Of a DNA stretch of 64,000 nt, positions 1-11,639 are shown piece after piece (position 1 is the stretch's first letter; every line of letters begins with the position of its first letter). The notes below the pieces were generated by a model. It made no database searches. It had not been told where the DNA came from and saw only the letters and a program-made list of their open reading frames with translations. This stretch comes from Haplodiscus bocki (Eukaryota). A program made the translations under genes and the position numbers. The stretch is from assembly GCA_965655095.1 (NCBI GenBank), contig OZ296652.1, positions 42,594,001 through 42,658,000 on the forward strand. Reading direction: 5' to 3'.

Positions 1-67
1 TTAACTTATTGCAGGGAAGTATTTTTACTGAACTTGCTTTGGTGGAAAATTGTCGGATGAGACGTTG

Positions 68-104
68 ATGGATGAGAACCAGCCAGATCTCTGGAAAGAA
101 ATAG
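68..104 (+). CDS. Small spliced host gene, first coding exon (MDENQPDLWKEI); 115-aa protein resembling the CXorf58/C11orf65 C-terminal region
   Basis: ATG at 68 with upstream in-frame TGA (29-31); acceptor ttattgcag at 14; donor AG|gttcg in phase 1 matches the next exon. Confidence 0.55.
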
Positions 105-759
105 GTTCGCTTTTGATTTAAAAAATGTTTTTGTTTGCACTGATTGGCGATTTCGATCCGTCAGTTCTCGGATGCAGGGAAATTAAGTCGAAAGATTTTG
201 TAACGGAACGGCTTTCTGTCAGTAAAAAATTGCCTGTTTAGAATTTGAGGGAAGAAATGTAACCGTTACTTTTAACTTTTGCAGAAGTGTGCGTTTGATT
301 AACGGGAATAAGTAGAGCAACTTTTGGCATTTTCGCTGTATGATATTCCGGTAGGAGGAAAGAAACCCAAAAGAATATTATCCGACGAGCTTGTACAATT
401 CCTAACTTTTTGATCGAAACCTTGATAGAACAATCTCACCGGCAGTTTTTGGAAGGAAGTGACTTTGATTATCGTCGTCAGTAATAATCACCATATGCTT
501 TTGCACGCAAAATCTTTTCGGATTACTTTTTATGGTATGAGAAATTTTTCTCGCCCAAGAAAACAGTTTAAAAGTACTAAATGGTTTTCAGGGAAATTAA
601 TTCGACTTTATAATTTGAAAGTCATTTTTTAAATGAAAATATAGTTTTCAAAAAGCTAAAAATTGTGGAATGACAGTTTTGTTTTTCCTATGTTTAGAAA
701 GTTGAAACTAATTGGTCAGGAAATCAGAAAATCCGAAAAAAAGTGGATAAAATTTGTTT

Positions 760-1140
760 TTCGGGACAAAAAGTATCCAATAGTGAAAAAATTTACTTGA
801 AGTTACGTCGACGTCAAAAATTCAGTGAAAATTGATAATTTTGATTGAAGTTTAAAAACGTATCTCAATACTAAAATAACAGAGCAAAGAAAAACAGATA
901 AGTTTTGGGAATCGAACTCCGTACTTAGCGCTCCAAAACTCTTGTCTTACCCATTGTGCTGCAGAAATTTTTGTCGAATTTCATCAAAACTAAATGTCAA
1001 TCCCGAAATTGGAAATCGAACTGTCGTCTGCCTAACCACGGTGACAACGCACCTCTGTATTATGTAAGGAGTTAAAGCACAGGCTTTCCACGAATTGGCA
1101 GAATGCCGCGCTTAATTTGTGAAAGATTGAGCAGACTACT
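760..1140 (-). mobile_element. Putative Polinton terminal (TIR) fragment in intron 1 of the small gene
   Basis: Minus strand begins AGTAGTCTGCTCAA at 1140; 5'-AGTAGT is a typical Polinton terminus; inner boundary uncertain. Confidence 0.45.
903..965 (-). pseudogene. tRNA-like (Pol III A/B box) sequence, degenerate
   Basis: Minus strand GCAGCACAATGGGTAAGAC (A box/D arm) ... GGAGTTCGATTCCC (B box/T loop); stems pair poorly. Confidence 0.55.
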
Positions 1141-1329
1141 GAATTTAAGTTTTTACTTTCATAAAATAATGCGACGGTAAATAACGAATGCAGCTAATGA
1201 TGTTAAAGCTTTCTCAATTTCTTCAAGGAGCTAATAAATCATACTGTGCAATTTAAATTGTCGGTTCAAAAGTCCGAAAGTATTAAATTTTATTTTTCAT
1301 TAAATTCGATTCTCAAGCAATCAAATTTA

Positions 1330-1371
1330 AGCACTATACATATACATACAAGCACTATACATATACATACA
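1330..1371. repeat. Perfect 21-bp tandem duplication
   Basis: agcactatacatatacataca x2. Confidence 0.9.
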
Positions 1372-2481
1372 CGAAAGCCTTCGAACCAGTTATCATAACT
1401 AAGTGCGGCTATTACTTCGAATATCCAATTATCACTGAAGTGCCATGTAAATATTCCTCAGCATACTGAGGCCTCGGAAACAGCCCGTGAAATTGACGGA
1501 ACGGACGATGCGGGACGCAGTAAGTATCGGTATCAAAACTGATCAGTAATTTAATCCAGATAAATCATTTTGCTAGACAAATATATTTTCGGACTTGTAA
1601 ATAGCGCTGCCCATTAAACTAACTTGTAACTCACGTTATATTGCTCGAAATTGGCAGCGGTTTTTTTTTCATTTAAATTCTATAAAGCCTAGTTTCGGAT
1701 CAAATTGATTTGAAAATATGCTTTCCCCCACGGCGCTGATTACCAGCCAAGTTTCCAGAATACCATCTCTTTTCCATCAAGGGCAGCCGGATATCTGCCT
1801 TATTTGTCAAAAACAAAGACAATATAGACCAACTTCAAAAAAAATTTGTTAAGACACTATCAATTGAAACTTTCCAAATTTTGAAAACACATTTAAATGA
1901 TGAAAAACCATCAAAAATCAGCTTGCAGCGTACAATTTGATTAACTATCAATAAGCTTTAATTGCGAAACAGAAAGAGGACGAGAGGTCAATTTGGTAGC
2001 AATTGTTTCGATTCCAATGAGTAGTTGGGTCGAGAACATACGAACAAAGTAAGTTTTCGTTTCGGAGGATGCAGTATCATTAGGGGTGGCTAAAAATGAT
2101 GGAGGAGACATCAGTCTACTACCTGCTTATCTGAGTATAATTTCATTCTGAGGCCCATTTCCAAATTTAAGGGACCCGGGTTGAGGTCTCTGATTCAGAA
2201 ACTATCAGGGATGATCAGGGCGGTTTAAACGCTGCTCATTACTTGAAATTCTGTGAAAAGCACAAAGCGCGGAGAACTAAAATTTTATAAGCCAAAAATC
2301 AGCGCTGATTTTTCATGAATTTGCATTAATAATTCATGGCAAATGTTAGTCAATTTTTTTAGTAGAACTTCGACATATTGAACTATTGTAAGTCATAATC
2401 ATTGTTCCACTGTTTCTATGCACACTCACTGGTAAAGAAACTCTTTAGCAGTTTTTGAGGCATTCCTGTGTTTCGTATTAG

Positions 2482-2560
2482 GTCAATTGCAAGAATCAAA
2501 TGCGAGTGCCATGTTCACTGAAGATGAAATGAAAGAACATCTTCAGAAACAACTCGAACA
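2482..2560 (+). CDS. Small host gene exon 2 (GQLQESNASAMFTEDEMKEHLQKQLE)
   Basis: tattag| acceptor, |gttagt donor, open frame, phase 1 to 2. Confidence 0.75.
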
Positions 2561-2658
2561 GTTAGTTGTAATCTCAACGCACTGAACTCCCGAAAAATTA
2601 ACCCAAATTAGTTTTCGGGAAAGGAAATATTGGACATTATCAGTTAATATTTTTTTAG

Positions 2659-2786
2659 ACATACGTATATCATGTACGGCAAGTTTGGGAAAGATGCGAA
2701 GAAAAAAGAGAAGAAAAAGAAACATGACAAAATGGAGAAGGTCGAAATTATGAAAAAAGTGTACCTGAAACAGAGAACTCTCAACA
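2659..2786 (+). CDS. Small host gene exon 3 (Lys-rich, ...KMEKVEIMKKVYLKQRTLN)
   Basis: tttttttag| acceptor, |gtgagt donor, phase 2 to 1; KVEIMKKVYL resembles the KVEKMRKVYL motif as I recall it from CXorf58. Confidence 0.75.
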
Positions 2787-3086
2787 GTGAGTATAAAATC
2801 AAATATTGCCTATTGAAAGCTGAATGCAAAATTTAGAGCTATACAATGGAGCGAGACATTGTTGAATCTTCGGGAATTTTGGTTTTACTATAAGTGGAAA
2901 ATTTAGCAGATTTTGGTTAAACATGAATGTAATAATACCTAGCGAATTATCAAGTTTTCGAAATTTTTAATTCTGAGATTGATTCTTCAAGTATAACCAA
3001 TGTGGATGAGAATGTTTGAGAATATCTTGCTGCTATCAATTTTCGACGGGCTTTGTGCAATAACTCTCAAGTGATTTTATTTTTAG

Positions 3087-3190
3087 CGCCTATGTCAACT
3101 GCCCGTGAAAATACTGTGGATGACCGGGAAGCTGCTGACCTGCTCCAATGGGCTTCCAGTCTAGAAGAAAAGACCCTCGACGATTTCTGA
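3087..3190 (+). CDS. Small host gene last exon (...DDREAADLLQWASSLEEKTLDDF*)
   Basis: ttttag| acceptor in phase 1; TGA at 3188-3190; the four exons total 348 nt in frame; DLLQWASSL resembles the ELLEWTxxL motif of the C11orf65/CXorf58 family. Confidence 0.75.
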
Positions 3191-3325
3191 AGACATCATT
3201 TTTGAAATTGTTTTCGCATAGTCCTGAATTTATACATATGCATATACTGTAAATGCTGTTTCAATTATAAATTATACATACAAGATATTCTGTTCATAAT
3301 CTGCCAAATTTCTTGTTTTTATGAT

Positions 3326-3331
3326 AATAAA
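3326..3331 (+). promoter_or_regulatory. Polyadenylation signal AATAAA
   Basis: 135 nt downstream of the stop codon. Confidence 0.45.
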
Positions 3332-5270
3332 TATTTTTGTATGTTTAATTGAATTATCACAACAATAGTAAGTTCCGCGAAGAAATGCAAGTTTGAGTGC
3401 AAGTATGTTGTGATGAATTTTTGTGATAAACAGTTTTTCTGATGAAAAAAATCTCGAAGCTTAAGAGTCAAAAAAACTATTACTACTCACTATGCCATAA
3501 TCAGCGATGAAATTATAAAACAAATTCGATAAAGCTAGAGATGCGCGTTCGAATCCTTGTTTATTCCTTGAAAATTTTACATTTGAAGATTCTCAATGTC
3601 AAACATATTTTATTTTGTAGAACTTCTAAATTAGCAAAAGGGAAAAGTGTCGCTGTTCATTGAACTGTTTATTCACATCAGAAGGTGGAAAAATCACTAA
3701 AATCGCATTTTACGTTAGCTGTTCGCATAACACTTACTTGCCATAAACCCAACCCGTTCATTGTAAATATTGGAGAATATGATTGTGGCTTTGTATCAGT
3801 GACAATAACTCAACACAAAATCGATGAAGCAACAATAAGTTATCGCAAAAATGTCACATTTCCAATTTGCCATCACTTTTGAGTAACTTGATGAATCCTT
3901 TTTTCCAACTTTCTCTTTGGACTTAAACTCTGCAACTTTGCCTTACGACCTATTGAGTTTTCTGTTTCATTTTTTCGCAAATCGACTCATGGTTGCTGGC
4001 CAGCTGAGTGATGAAGAAATGAAGTTGAACAGTGATACTTTCATTCTAATTTTACTTAGAAAGTGACCCAGAGATTCAAAAATAATCAAAACTTCAGAAT
4101 CTCGCCAATGAAAGACGTCTTGAGTTGGGGTTTTTAGTTGAGTGTAAAAATTCCAACTGTTGGAGTTGCTAATTCGTTTTTTCACCGTGTATTCGACGAA
4201 TATGAGTGATTGAGGAGTCATGAAAAAGGCTATATACCAGCCGGAGTAGAAATTTTGAATAACCAAAGGGTCAGTCTACGGATTTTTTCGTCATTGCGAG
4301 ACAACAAAAATGAAACCCCTCCTTTGTGATTCCAAAATTTTTTGAAAACCACACTTTTGAGGGAACCAAAGGTCGGCGTCTGTGAACTTTTTTGACAGTG
4401 TCAGAAAAAAATTCTACAAAAATTAGTGAAAACCTTTTTTCCTAGTGAATTTTTTTGACAGAAAACCAAAATGTTTCAAAAATATCAGAGGCTCCGCCTT
4501 CAGGTGTATTGAGCTTTACGGGCGGCGCCAACTTGAGACATTCCCGTCCTATTTTTAGAGACTTAAGCTTATTGTTTTCATTACTTAAAGGTTTTACTTT
4601 ATGCATTTCTTAAACGCAGGCGTAATTGAACGAGGCTCCGTGTTAACGTGGACTGGATAATACTTTCATATTCTTGTATTTACGTACTTCAACTTCCCCA
4701 AGCTAGTTACTCTTGGATTTCAATTATTTGATTAAAATTTTCGCAAACTTGTTAATTCGCATCTTATTTTCAGCCTTTTCAAAATTATCAGCCATTTTTA
4801 AAATTCCCTAAATTCCAATTTAGTACTCTAAAGTCTTAATGCCTAGCATCCTTGATACCTATGTTGTCGTTTTAAACTCTTGACACTCAGCATCTTGCGA
4901 TCAAGCTCTTTTACTAAACGTTACTCCCGTGAGGTCTAGAATTTATCAAGTCCTTTACGTTTGGCTGAAAAGTTCAATGATTCAATGTGAGATGATACTC
5001 CCATCACACTGACACAAATTTCAAAATTTGAATTTCTGCTTTAAATATGCAAGGACTTTCTCAGGGTTTGTCGAGGGTAGCTACGGCAGCTTAGAACGTA
5101 GAAAGACCGATAAAAGTTGAAACATATCTTTGAATACTCCAAAAAACCACCAAAGGGCGCTGATTTTACTATACATTAGAATGCCAGCTGTTTCTCGGTT
5201 TTGCTTTTTGGAACAATCATTTCACAACTATAGCATGAGTTTGAAATCAACAAAAATAACGTAATGTGAT

Positions 5271-5915
5271 CTACAGCAACCAAGACAAGAATCAAAATCT
5301 CCATTGCTCAAGCATACCTTGTGAATTCAACTGAGCTCTAAATATCGCACCAGAAGCAGGGGTGTCTTGATTACGCCGCGCCCAATGCAGTGTAACATTA
5401 TGTAACTGAAAAAAGGCGACTAGAAATTTCATTAAACTCTGTTTACATGTCGCAAACTGTCCAATTTTTTTTTATCTCTTACGAGCATCAAATATTTCAA
5501 GCTATATGAGAAGCTGTATCACAATTTGTTGGAATCTCAAAACATTTCCAGCAGTTTTCGAGATATTAGTTTTACTTGATCTAAAAAGTAGTATTGAGAA
5601 CACAGTGTTTCATTAAAGAAGGTTCGGCCAAAATAGTCAATAAATTAATTGTCAAAAAATTGTCTAAAATACCATGAAGGATCAAAATTTTCTCTGCGAA
5701 GTGTATCTTGGACAAAGTTCCACAAGGAAGAAATTGTAGCGTGAGAACTCGCCATTTTGTTTGATTTAGATGATTCAGTAGTGATTGCTGCAGGAGTTTC
5801 ATGAGATTGGCGATCTGCTAATTCAAGTGTTCTGAGTGCGTTTTATTCGATCTTCTATCGTTTTGTATTGCATTCTTTCAGGTTCGCAGTAAAATCATAT
5901 GGTTATACCGAGAAC
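5271..5915 (-). pseudogene. Possible spliced pseudogene or lncRNA with short introns
   Basis: Three GT..AG introns (5672-5581, 5483-5406, 5317-5271); the joined frame contains stops. Confidence 0.3.
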
Positions 5916-7189
5916 CTAATTTTGTTTCCTTTTCACAAGTATTAATGAAGATGTTTTATTACAAATATTCATGTGAAGATTTTTTGGCAAAAATCGGAAC
6001 TTAATTCAGAGTTGATGCTATTTTTTCGTTTTGGAAAAACAATTTGGAAAAAAGCTTTTAAATTATTCAACTCTACCTGAAATAGTCATTTTTCGCCAAA
6101 AATTGTTGTTTTGGAATAATTTTAGAAACCAGTCACAATATGCCGAAATATTCTGTCTGTCAGATGATGCATTATACATTCAACAAATACAAAACTCGAA
6201 CTTCAGTCACTTCTTTAGGACAGTTGATATTCTCAGAGAATAGTCAAACCAAACGCAAAAGTTCAAATTGTCAAAAAATTGTGAAAAAAGTTGCAGAGAT
6301 TCTGCTAAAAAATTGTTTTCTTACGTGTAGTTTTTGAATAATTTTGACGCGATATTAAAACATGACACCCGATACAAATTTTAAGAAGAGAGTGTAAATG
6401 TTTATAAATGTCAAACATCCTTACCTTTCACTAAGTTCACTTTCTTACATTAGCTCAAAACGAAAGCGTTTAGGTGATAGAAGAACTTGCAAAGAAGAAT
6501 GCCAGAATCTTGAAATGAAATTGAAAAACTTATTTTTGAAGAGAGCCCTGGGCGCATAGCATGGTGGATGCACCGTAGCAAGAATGTCTTGCACCCCTTT
6601 TTCTAAGTTTTATGTTTCCATCTAAAAAAAAGGAATCAAAATCTAACATTCGAATCAGAAACAAACGTTTCGCGTCGGTTCAGAGAAGCGACACAAATGA
6701 TGTTATTTAAAAAGAAAGAAAATTTTCGAACGAAAATGTTTCATTTTGTATTTGCTTTCAGACAAAATTTATCCATTAAAATCAAATGTTTCTAAAAACT
6801 TTTTTTAAATGCTTTTGAACATGATCTTTGGCAAAATACCTTCAACAGGTGTAAAGTGCATCAGGTTTTACCTCCAAAGTCTGATTAAGCTTCCTTTTTT
6901 AGTGAAATGCATAAGATATTATTCGAACGCTACATAATTATATAATGTGTACAAACTGAGCCCATTGATGAGTAAATGACTTACTACGGTCCCAGAGCTG
7001 GGCGCAGGGACTATTTGGTAAAATCCATGGGTGCATCCTTGGTCCTGTATTAAGTCATCCCTGGTTCCCTGTAACCCATCCCTGTCATACGAAAAATATC
7101 CTGTTCCATCCCTGTGTGGTAAACTCGGGACGCTACCATACCAAATAACAAAAGCTCCACTACCGAGGTTACGAAAACGGTGATACGAC

Positions 7190-8046
7190 AATTTGGACCA
7201 AATGCCGAATTTGGATCAGAGACAGATTCGAACTGAACATAACTTTAGCTCAAAAATCAATTATCTCTAATTATTAATGGTCACTACCAGCGCTATGGTA
7301 AAAAACTTTAACACTTGTAGATCCTCATTGTAATTAAGGGGGCTTTTGTCAAAATGTGTTGAAGTAGAAAAAACACGACGACCGGCTACCAAAAAGACTT
7401 TTCCTTCCTAACCTTTTTAAAAACTCGTTTTGAGGAAAAATGGATTCTACAGCGAAACATTCACTTCTCAATATGAAAAAATCGAAAAGAACTAAATTTG
7501 CGTCCAAAAAATTGTCCAAAAAAGTATATGTACCTCAGGTTTTGAAGTCAAAATTGCACGGTTTTTCCGAAATCGTGCAATTGACAAATTCACGTTAAAA
7601 AAATGTAAATGGTGGATAAATCATTTTTCTTCCATACTGAGCTATAGTCAGAAAGTAATCCCCACCATCTTCACACCCGCTCAGGAATTTTTCAAATAAA
7701 TATCTCGGAAAAACTTTATATAACACGAAAAACCCCATCAATGTGTCGAGACTTAGAAGCAGGACCAATTTTGGACGTTCTCAGTTTGTTGCTCCAAAAT
7801 CTGTTCAAGAGTTTTAATTTCTGTTATTATTATTGGGAAATCTACCACCCCAAATTAAAAAAGTTAGTACCGGCCTGCTAATTTACATCAGAACTGGTCG
7901 CGAAACTGTTGGACTTTCGGAAAATAAATCTGCTTCAATTTATTTGCAAGTTGAGTATTTAGGCTAAACAGCGAAATAATTTGGTCCAATTTTCAAATTT
8001 GGATCCGAATTTGTCTCTGATTTGAGTCCGGTTATCGGTCCGGATT
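7190..8046. mobile_element. MITE-like element with degenerate terminal inverted repeats
   Basis: ccgaatttggatcagagacagattcg (~7205-7230) matches the reverse complement of ccgaatttgtctctgatttgagtccgg (~8005-8031). Confidence 0.5.
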
Positions 8047-8069
8047 TGTCTCAAATCCAATTTGTTGGT

Positions 8070-8972
8070 GTCAGATCAAAATCTTCGAAGTCAATTTATC
8101 CTATGTCAAAATCTGTTGTGCCAAAATACCCTATGTTGAATTATCCTCCGTCAAAATCTCCATAGTCAAAATCTCCTAAATTACTCAAAATTGTATTTTT
8201 TTATCATTTTGAACAATTCGGCTTAAAAAGGAAGTAATTTAGGCTAATGGCCTTTAATTATTTAAATAGGACTAGCAGTTTTTGACATTTGTACTTTTTA
8301 AAAACACTTCTGTACTTGGGCTGGGCTACTTTAGCAGTCCCTGGAGTTCACATATTTTCCAAATCTTCCAGTTTGAGGAAAAAGGTAGCACTAAAATTTT
8401 AGGTATTTCTTTTTTGAATGAAAATTGGTATAATGCAAAGAGGTTTTCACAAAAGTTTTGGAGTTGGCTTTTTATTTTTCTGAGTCCAAAAAGGTTGAAA
8501 TTGGGCAAACGGGGTATCACATAAACATTTTTAAAACAAATCACTAATTAAAATTGTTCGAATTCCAAAAAAAATTGAAATCCACTGTTTTTGTCTTCTA
8601 TTCATGCCATCATTTGTAGGGAATTTGCTGTACTTATCGAAAAGTTCTCTAGTGAAATCCAATGAAATCTACGCAAAAACTCGAGAATTTTTTGAAAGTA
8701 TTTTTTTTGAAAATTTCATGGTTGTTGAGATTTGGACTTCCATGATGAACATTTTAGAAGTGGAAACTGTAATAATAAAAAATTTTTTGTGAAGAAATTA
8801 TTGGTGCAATTTCTTAACCAATTTGTTAATTAGTGGCGATTAGTTTACTAATTAACTTAATGTTCGTGCGTCTTGGCGTAAAGATAAGTTAGGAGAATTT
8901 GACAGAGGAAATTTTGACGTAGGAGATTATGACTAAAGAAATTTCGAATAGGGAGATTTTGGCATGTAACCC
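8070..8972. mobile_element. Foldback-type non-autonomous DNA element with ~16-bp subterminal tandem repeats
   Basis: Left arm (gtcaaaatctcc)n at 8075-8180 is inverted relative to right arm (ggagattttgac)n at 8890-8970. Confidence 0.6.
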
Positions 8973-10031
8973 AACTGTCGTAGATCTTTCAGAAACCGAC
9001 TATTTCAATTTTTGTGGTCAACAATTTATGCCTGTTGAAATTCTTTATTTACCTGACTTTTGGCTAGGGCCATTCATCTAGACCAAAAATGATCCCACTT
9101 CTATGGGTACAATGCTTCCCAGAGTATAAAATATGGAAGCGTTCTCCTTCCAAAGGATCAATTTCAGACATGAAAATTCATGAAGAAAAAGTTTTGAATT
9201 CCTGAGGTTAGTTTTCAAAAACAAGGTTTTGGCAAAACGGCAGTGATTCTCCTACGAATACCTTTAGCCTTATATGTGGCGCTGACTTTCAGCTGTTCTC
9301 GGAATGTTCTAACTTGTGACGCCAATTAATTCAAAAATAGCAGTTGACCAAAATTTCGAGCCCTTTTTGTTTTAGAAACACTAAGTACTAGTTGAAATAA
9401 TTCTGAAAAAAAACTTTTGGCAATAATGTTCCAGCATAACAATTGTGAACGATGAAGATGATTTTTTTAAAAATTTTGCCAAAACATTCGTTTGTGTCAT
9501 AAATGATGTCGCCTTTTCACGAGAACAGCTGCCAAAAGAATTTAAATTAAAATCGTTGAAGTAAACATTTTTGAAGCAAAAGTAACTGATAAATATATGG
9601 GACCAATTATTAATGAAACGACAATTTTTGCAGTTTTGAAATTCTCGTTAGTTCTGAAGTTGATGAATTTTTCAAATCTTTCCGAGCTGTTAGTTTATGT
9701 ATATTTGAAACTACAGGCTAATACCGTTATCATCTAATCTGTACAACACAGTTCTGAACACATCAGTTTACTGCAGTTCTATGAAGAAAATTTCGAGAAA
9801 CGGTTGAAAAATTCATAAGTGTCGGAAAAATGGCAACGCTGCCATTCCTGTAGAATAATTAATACAATGGAAGCTAAGCTTGCTTGAAAAAAGGAATTCC
9901 GGTCGTAAAATATGCCCTCTAACGGAAGTAATCAATATCATATTTATACATTCGCTCCGGAACAGCAAGCTATCACTAATCACCAAGAAAAACAAACAGA
10001 ATCAAAATAATTTCTTTAGTTCTTGAACGTC

Positions 10032-10270
10032 ATGGAGGCTCAGTTGAAAGCAAGTTTTCGATTTAGTTTTCGCTTTGGTTTTTTATTCATTCTAACTAGT
10101 TTTGGGACTTCGTACGCAGATGATATTCTGTTCTCTCTATTATCGGAGGGGGGAGCTCACAATTTGGTGGTAGCAGAGCCAACAGCTTCATGCAATCGTT
10201 CCATTGATGGCGAATGCTTTAATGGGGATTATGCTGGTCTATCTATCGCACACTGTGCCGTGTCCCTCGG
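10032..10270 (+). CDS. Secreted discoidin (F5/8C) + Ig-like protein, exon 1 (signal peptide and start of discoidin domain)
   Basis: MEAQLKASFRFSFRFGFLFILTSFGTSYA|DD is signal-peptide-like; EPTASC resembles ITASS of F5/8C; donor GG|gtaatg phase 2 matches the exon at 26766. Confidence 0.65.
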
Positions 10271-10824
10271 GTAATGCAAATTTTTTCTGAAAACTCATGT
10301 CATAATAACTCAGTGGAAAAACAATTGTAGTTCCTGACACGATAATAAACAAAGATTGATAGTAATCGATGCCCATGGAAAATTTTGAGAGTGGACTTGA
10401 AAACAAATTTTTTTGAAGCAGCAGACAACAAAAATTATCTATGAAGCCAGCAGAAACAGTTCGTGATACCCCTCACCATTATGAATATACCGTATTTTGT
10501 TGCAGAAACATATTTTTCTTCCCTTTAAAGTTTTGAGCCTTACAGGCAACCCTTGTATAGAATACAGCTGATTACAACACTGACTTCACTAGTGTAAAAT
10601 ATTACACCATTTTGTATGGGCCAATCCAATCCCAATCATGGTTGTACACGTTTGGCGCAGCTCAATCCTGATCACTGTAAATCTGTTCTCTGAACATGCA
10701 ATTTATATCTACACATTCCCACTCTGACAAAACCTACAGTATTGGGTCAGCCTCGAAATCACAAAAAATAGCTGCGAATCAAGCATCCTTAACATTTGAA
10801 TTTCCAACAGTCATTAATTGTAGT

Positions 10825-11630
10825 TGTAGGAAGCCTTCTCCGGGTCTGTATTCGTAGATTGGGGAGAAAGATAGGTGGAGGTCCCTACTTTGGGACGAGG
10901 ATCATTCAGGGAACAATTCTCTTTTTGTCCTAGTTTTCTGTTAGAGTTCCAGGATGTTCCCGGAACGGTTCCAGATTGTGCCCGGACTTGTGGATTCAGA
11001 ATAACTACGTTTAACTTGGACAAAGCGCCCAAAATTCGACTCTCTGTGCTACTGAACTACAGAGACAGTTTCCTTGTCATCCTGCCCTCTATTTTTTTGA
11101 CATCTGACTGATTTAATCCCCATTAATTTGAGGAACGGCTGTGTTTCTTGACTGGTTGTTTTTAGGGTGTTTTTTTAACTTTCTCCAGAAACTGCTGCCA
11201 ATTGTCTCGTGTTCCTCACTAGTGTCATTTCGAAAGGAAAAGTCAAAGAGTGTTTAAGACCGAATTAGTTTTTTTTATTTTCGGTTCCAAATTGTGGAAA
11301 CAAAGCTGAACGAAAATGTCGATAAGACCGGTAGCTCAACAGGTACAGTAAACTATGTTGATTAATGGTACCTTAGTTTCTCCTAATTACACCGTTCCTT
11401 TGGCGTGAAACATATATGTCAACACACCAAGTCACGGTACAAATTAGAGAAAACTTCTTTGAACTTAATATTTACGAAGCAAAAATGCCGACTAATCCGG
11501 GAAATGAAAACCTTTGCAACTTTTTCCTTCCTCATGGGACGCGTCGCTTTCATCTTCAGACAAAAAATATACGGGCTTAATCCGCGGAAATGGATATCAA
11601 AGTGCTTTCTTGGGCAAACAGCTTGAACAC
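10825..11630 (-). mobile_element. 5'-truncated LTR-like repeat carrying a gag-like N-terminal ORF remnant (probable Ty3/Gypsy solo LTR)
   Basis: Homologous to 46450-47271 (aagcactttgatatccatttccg; EGRMTRKLSL..SRTESRILGALSKL); ends ...CCTACA. Confidence 0.65.
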
Positions 11631-11639
11631 TTTTACGGG

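Noticed and set aside
903-965. Functional tRNA-Gln
   Set aside because: Acceptor, anticodon and T stems do not pair
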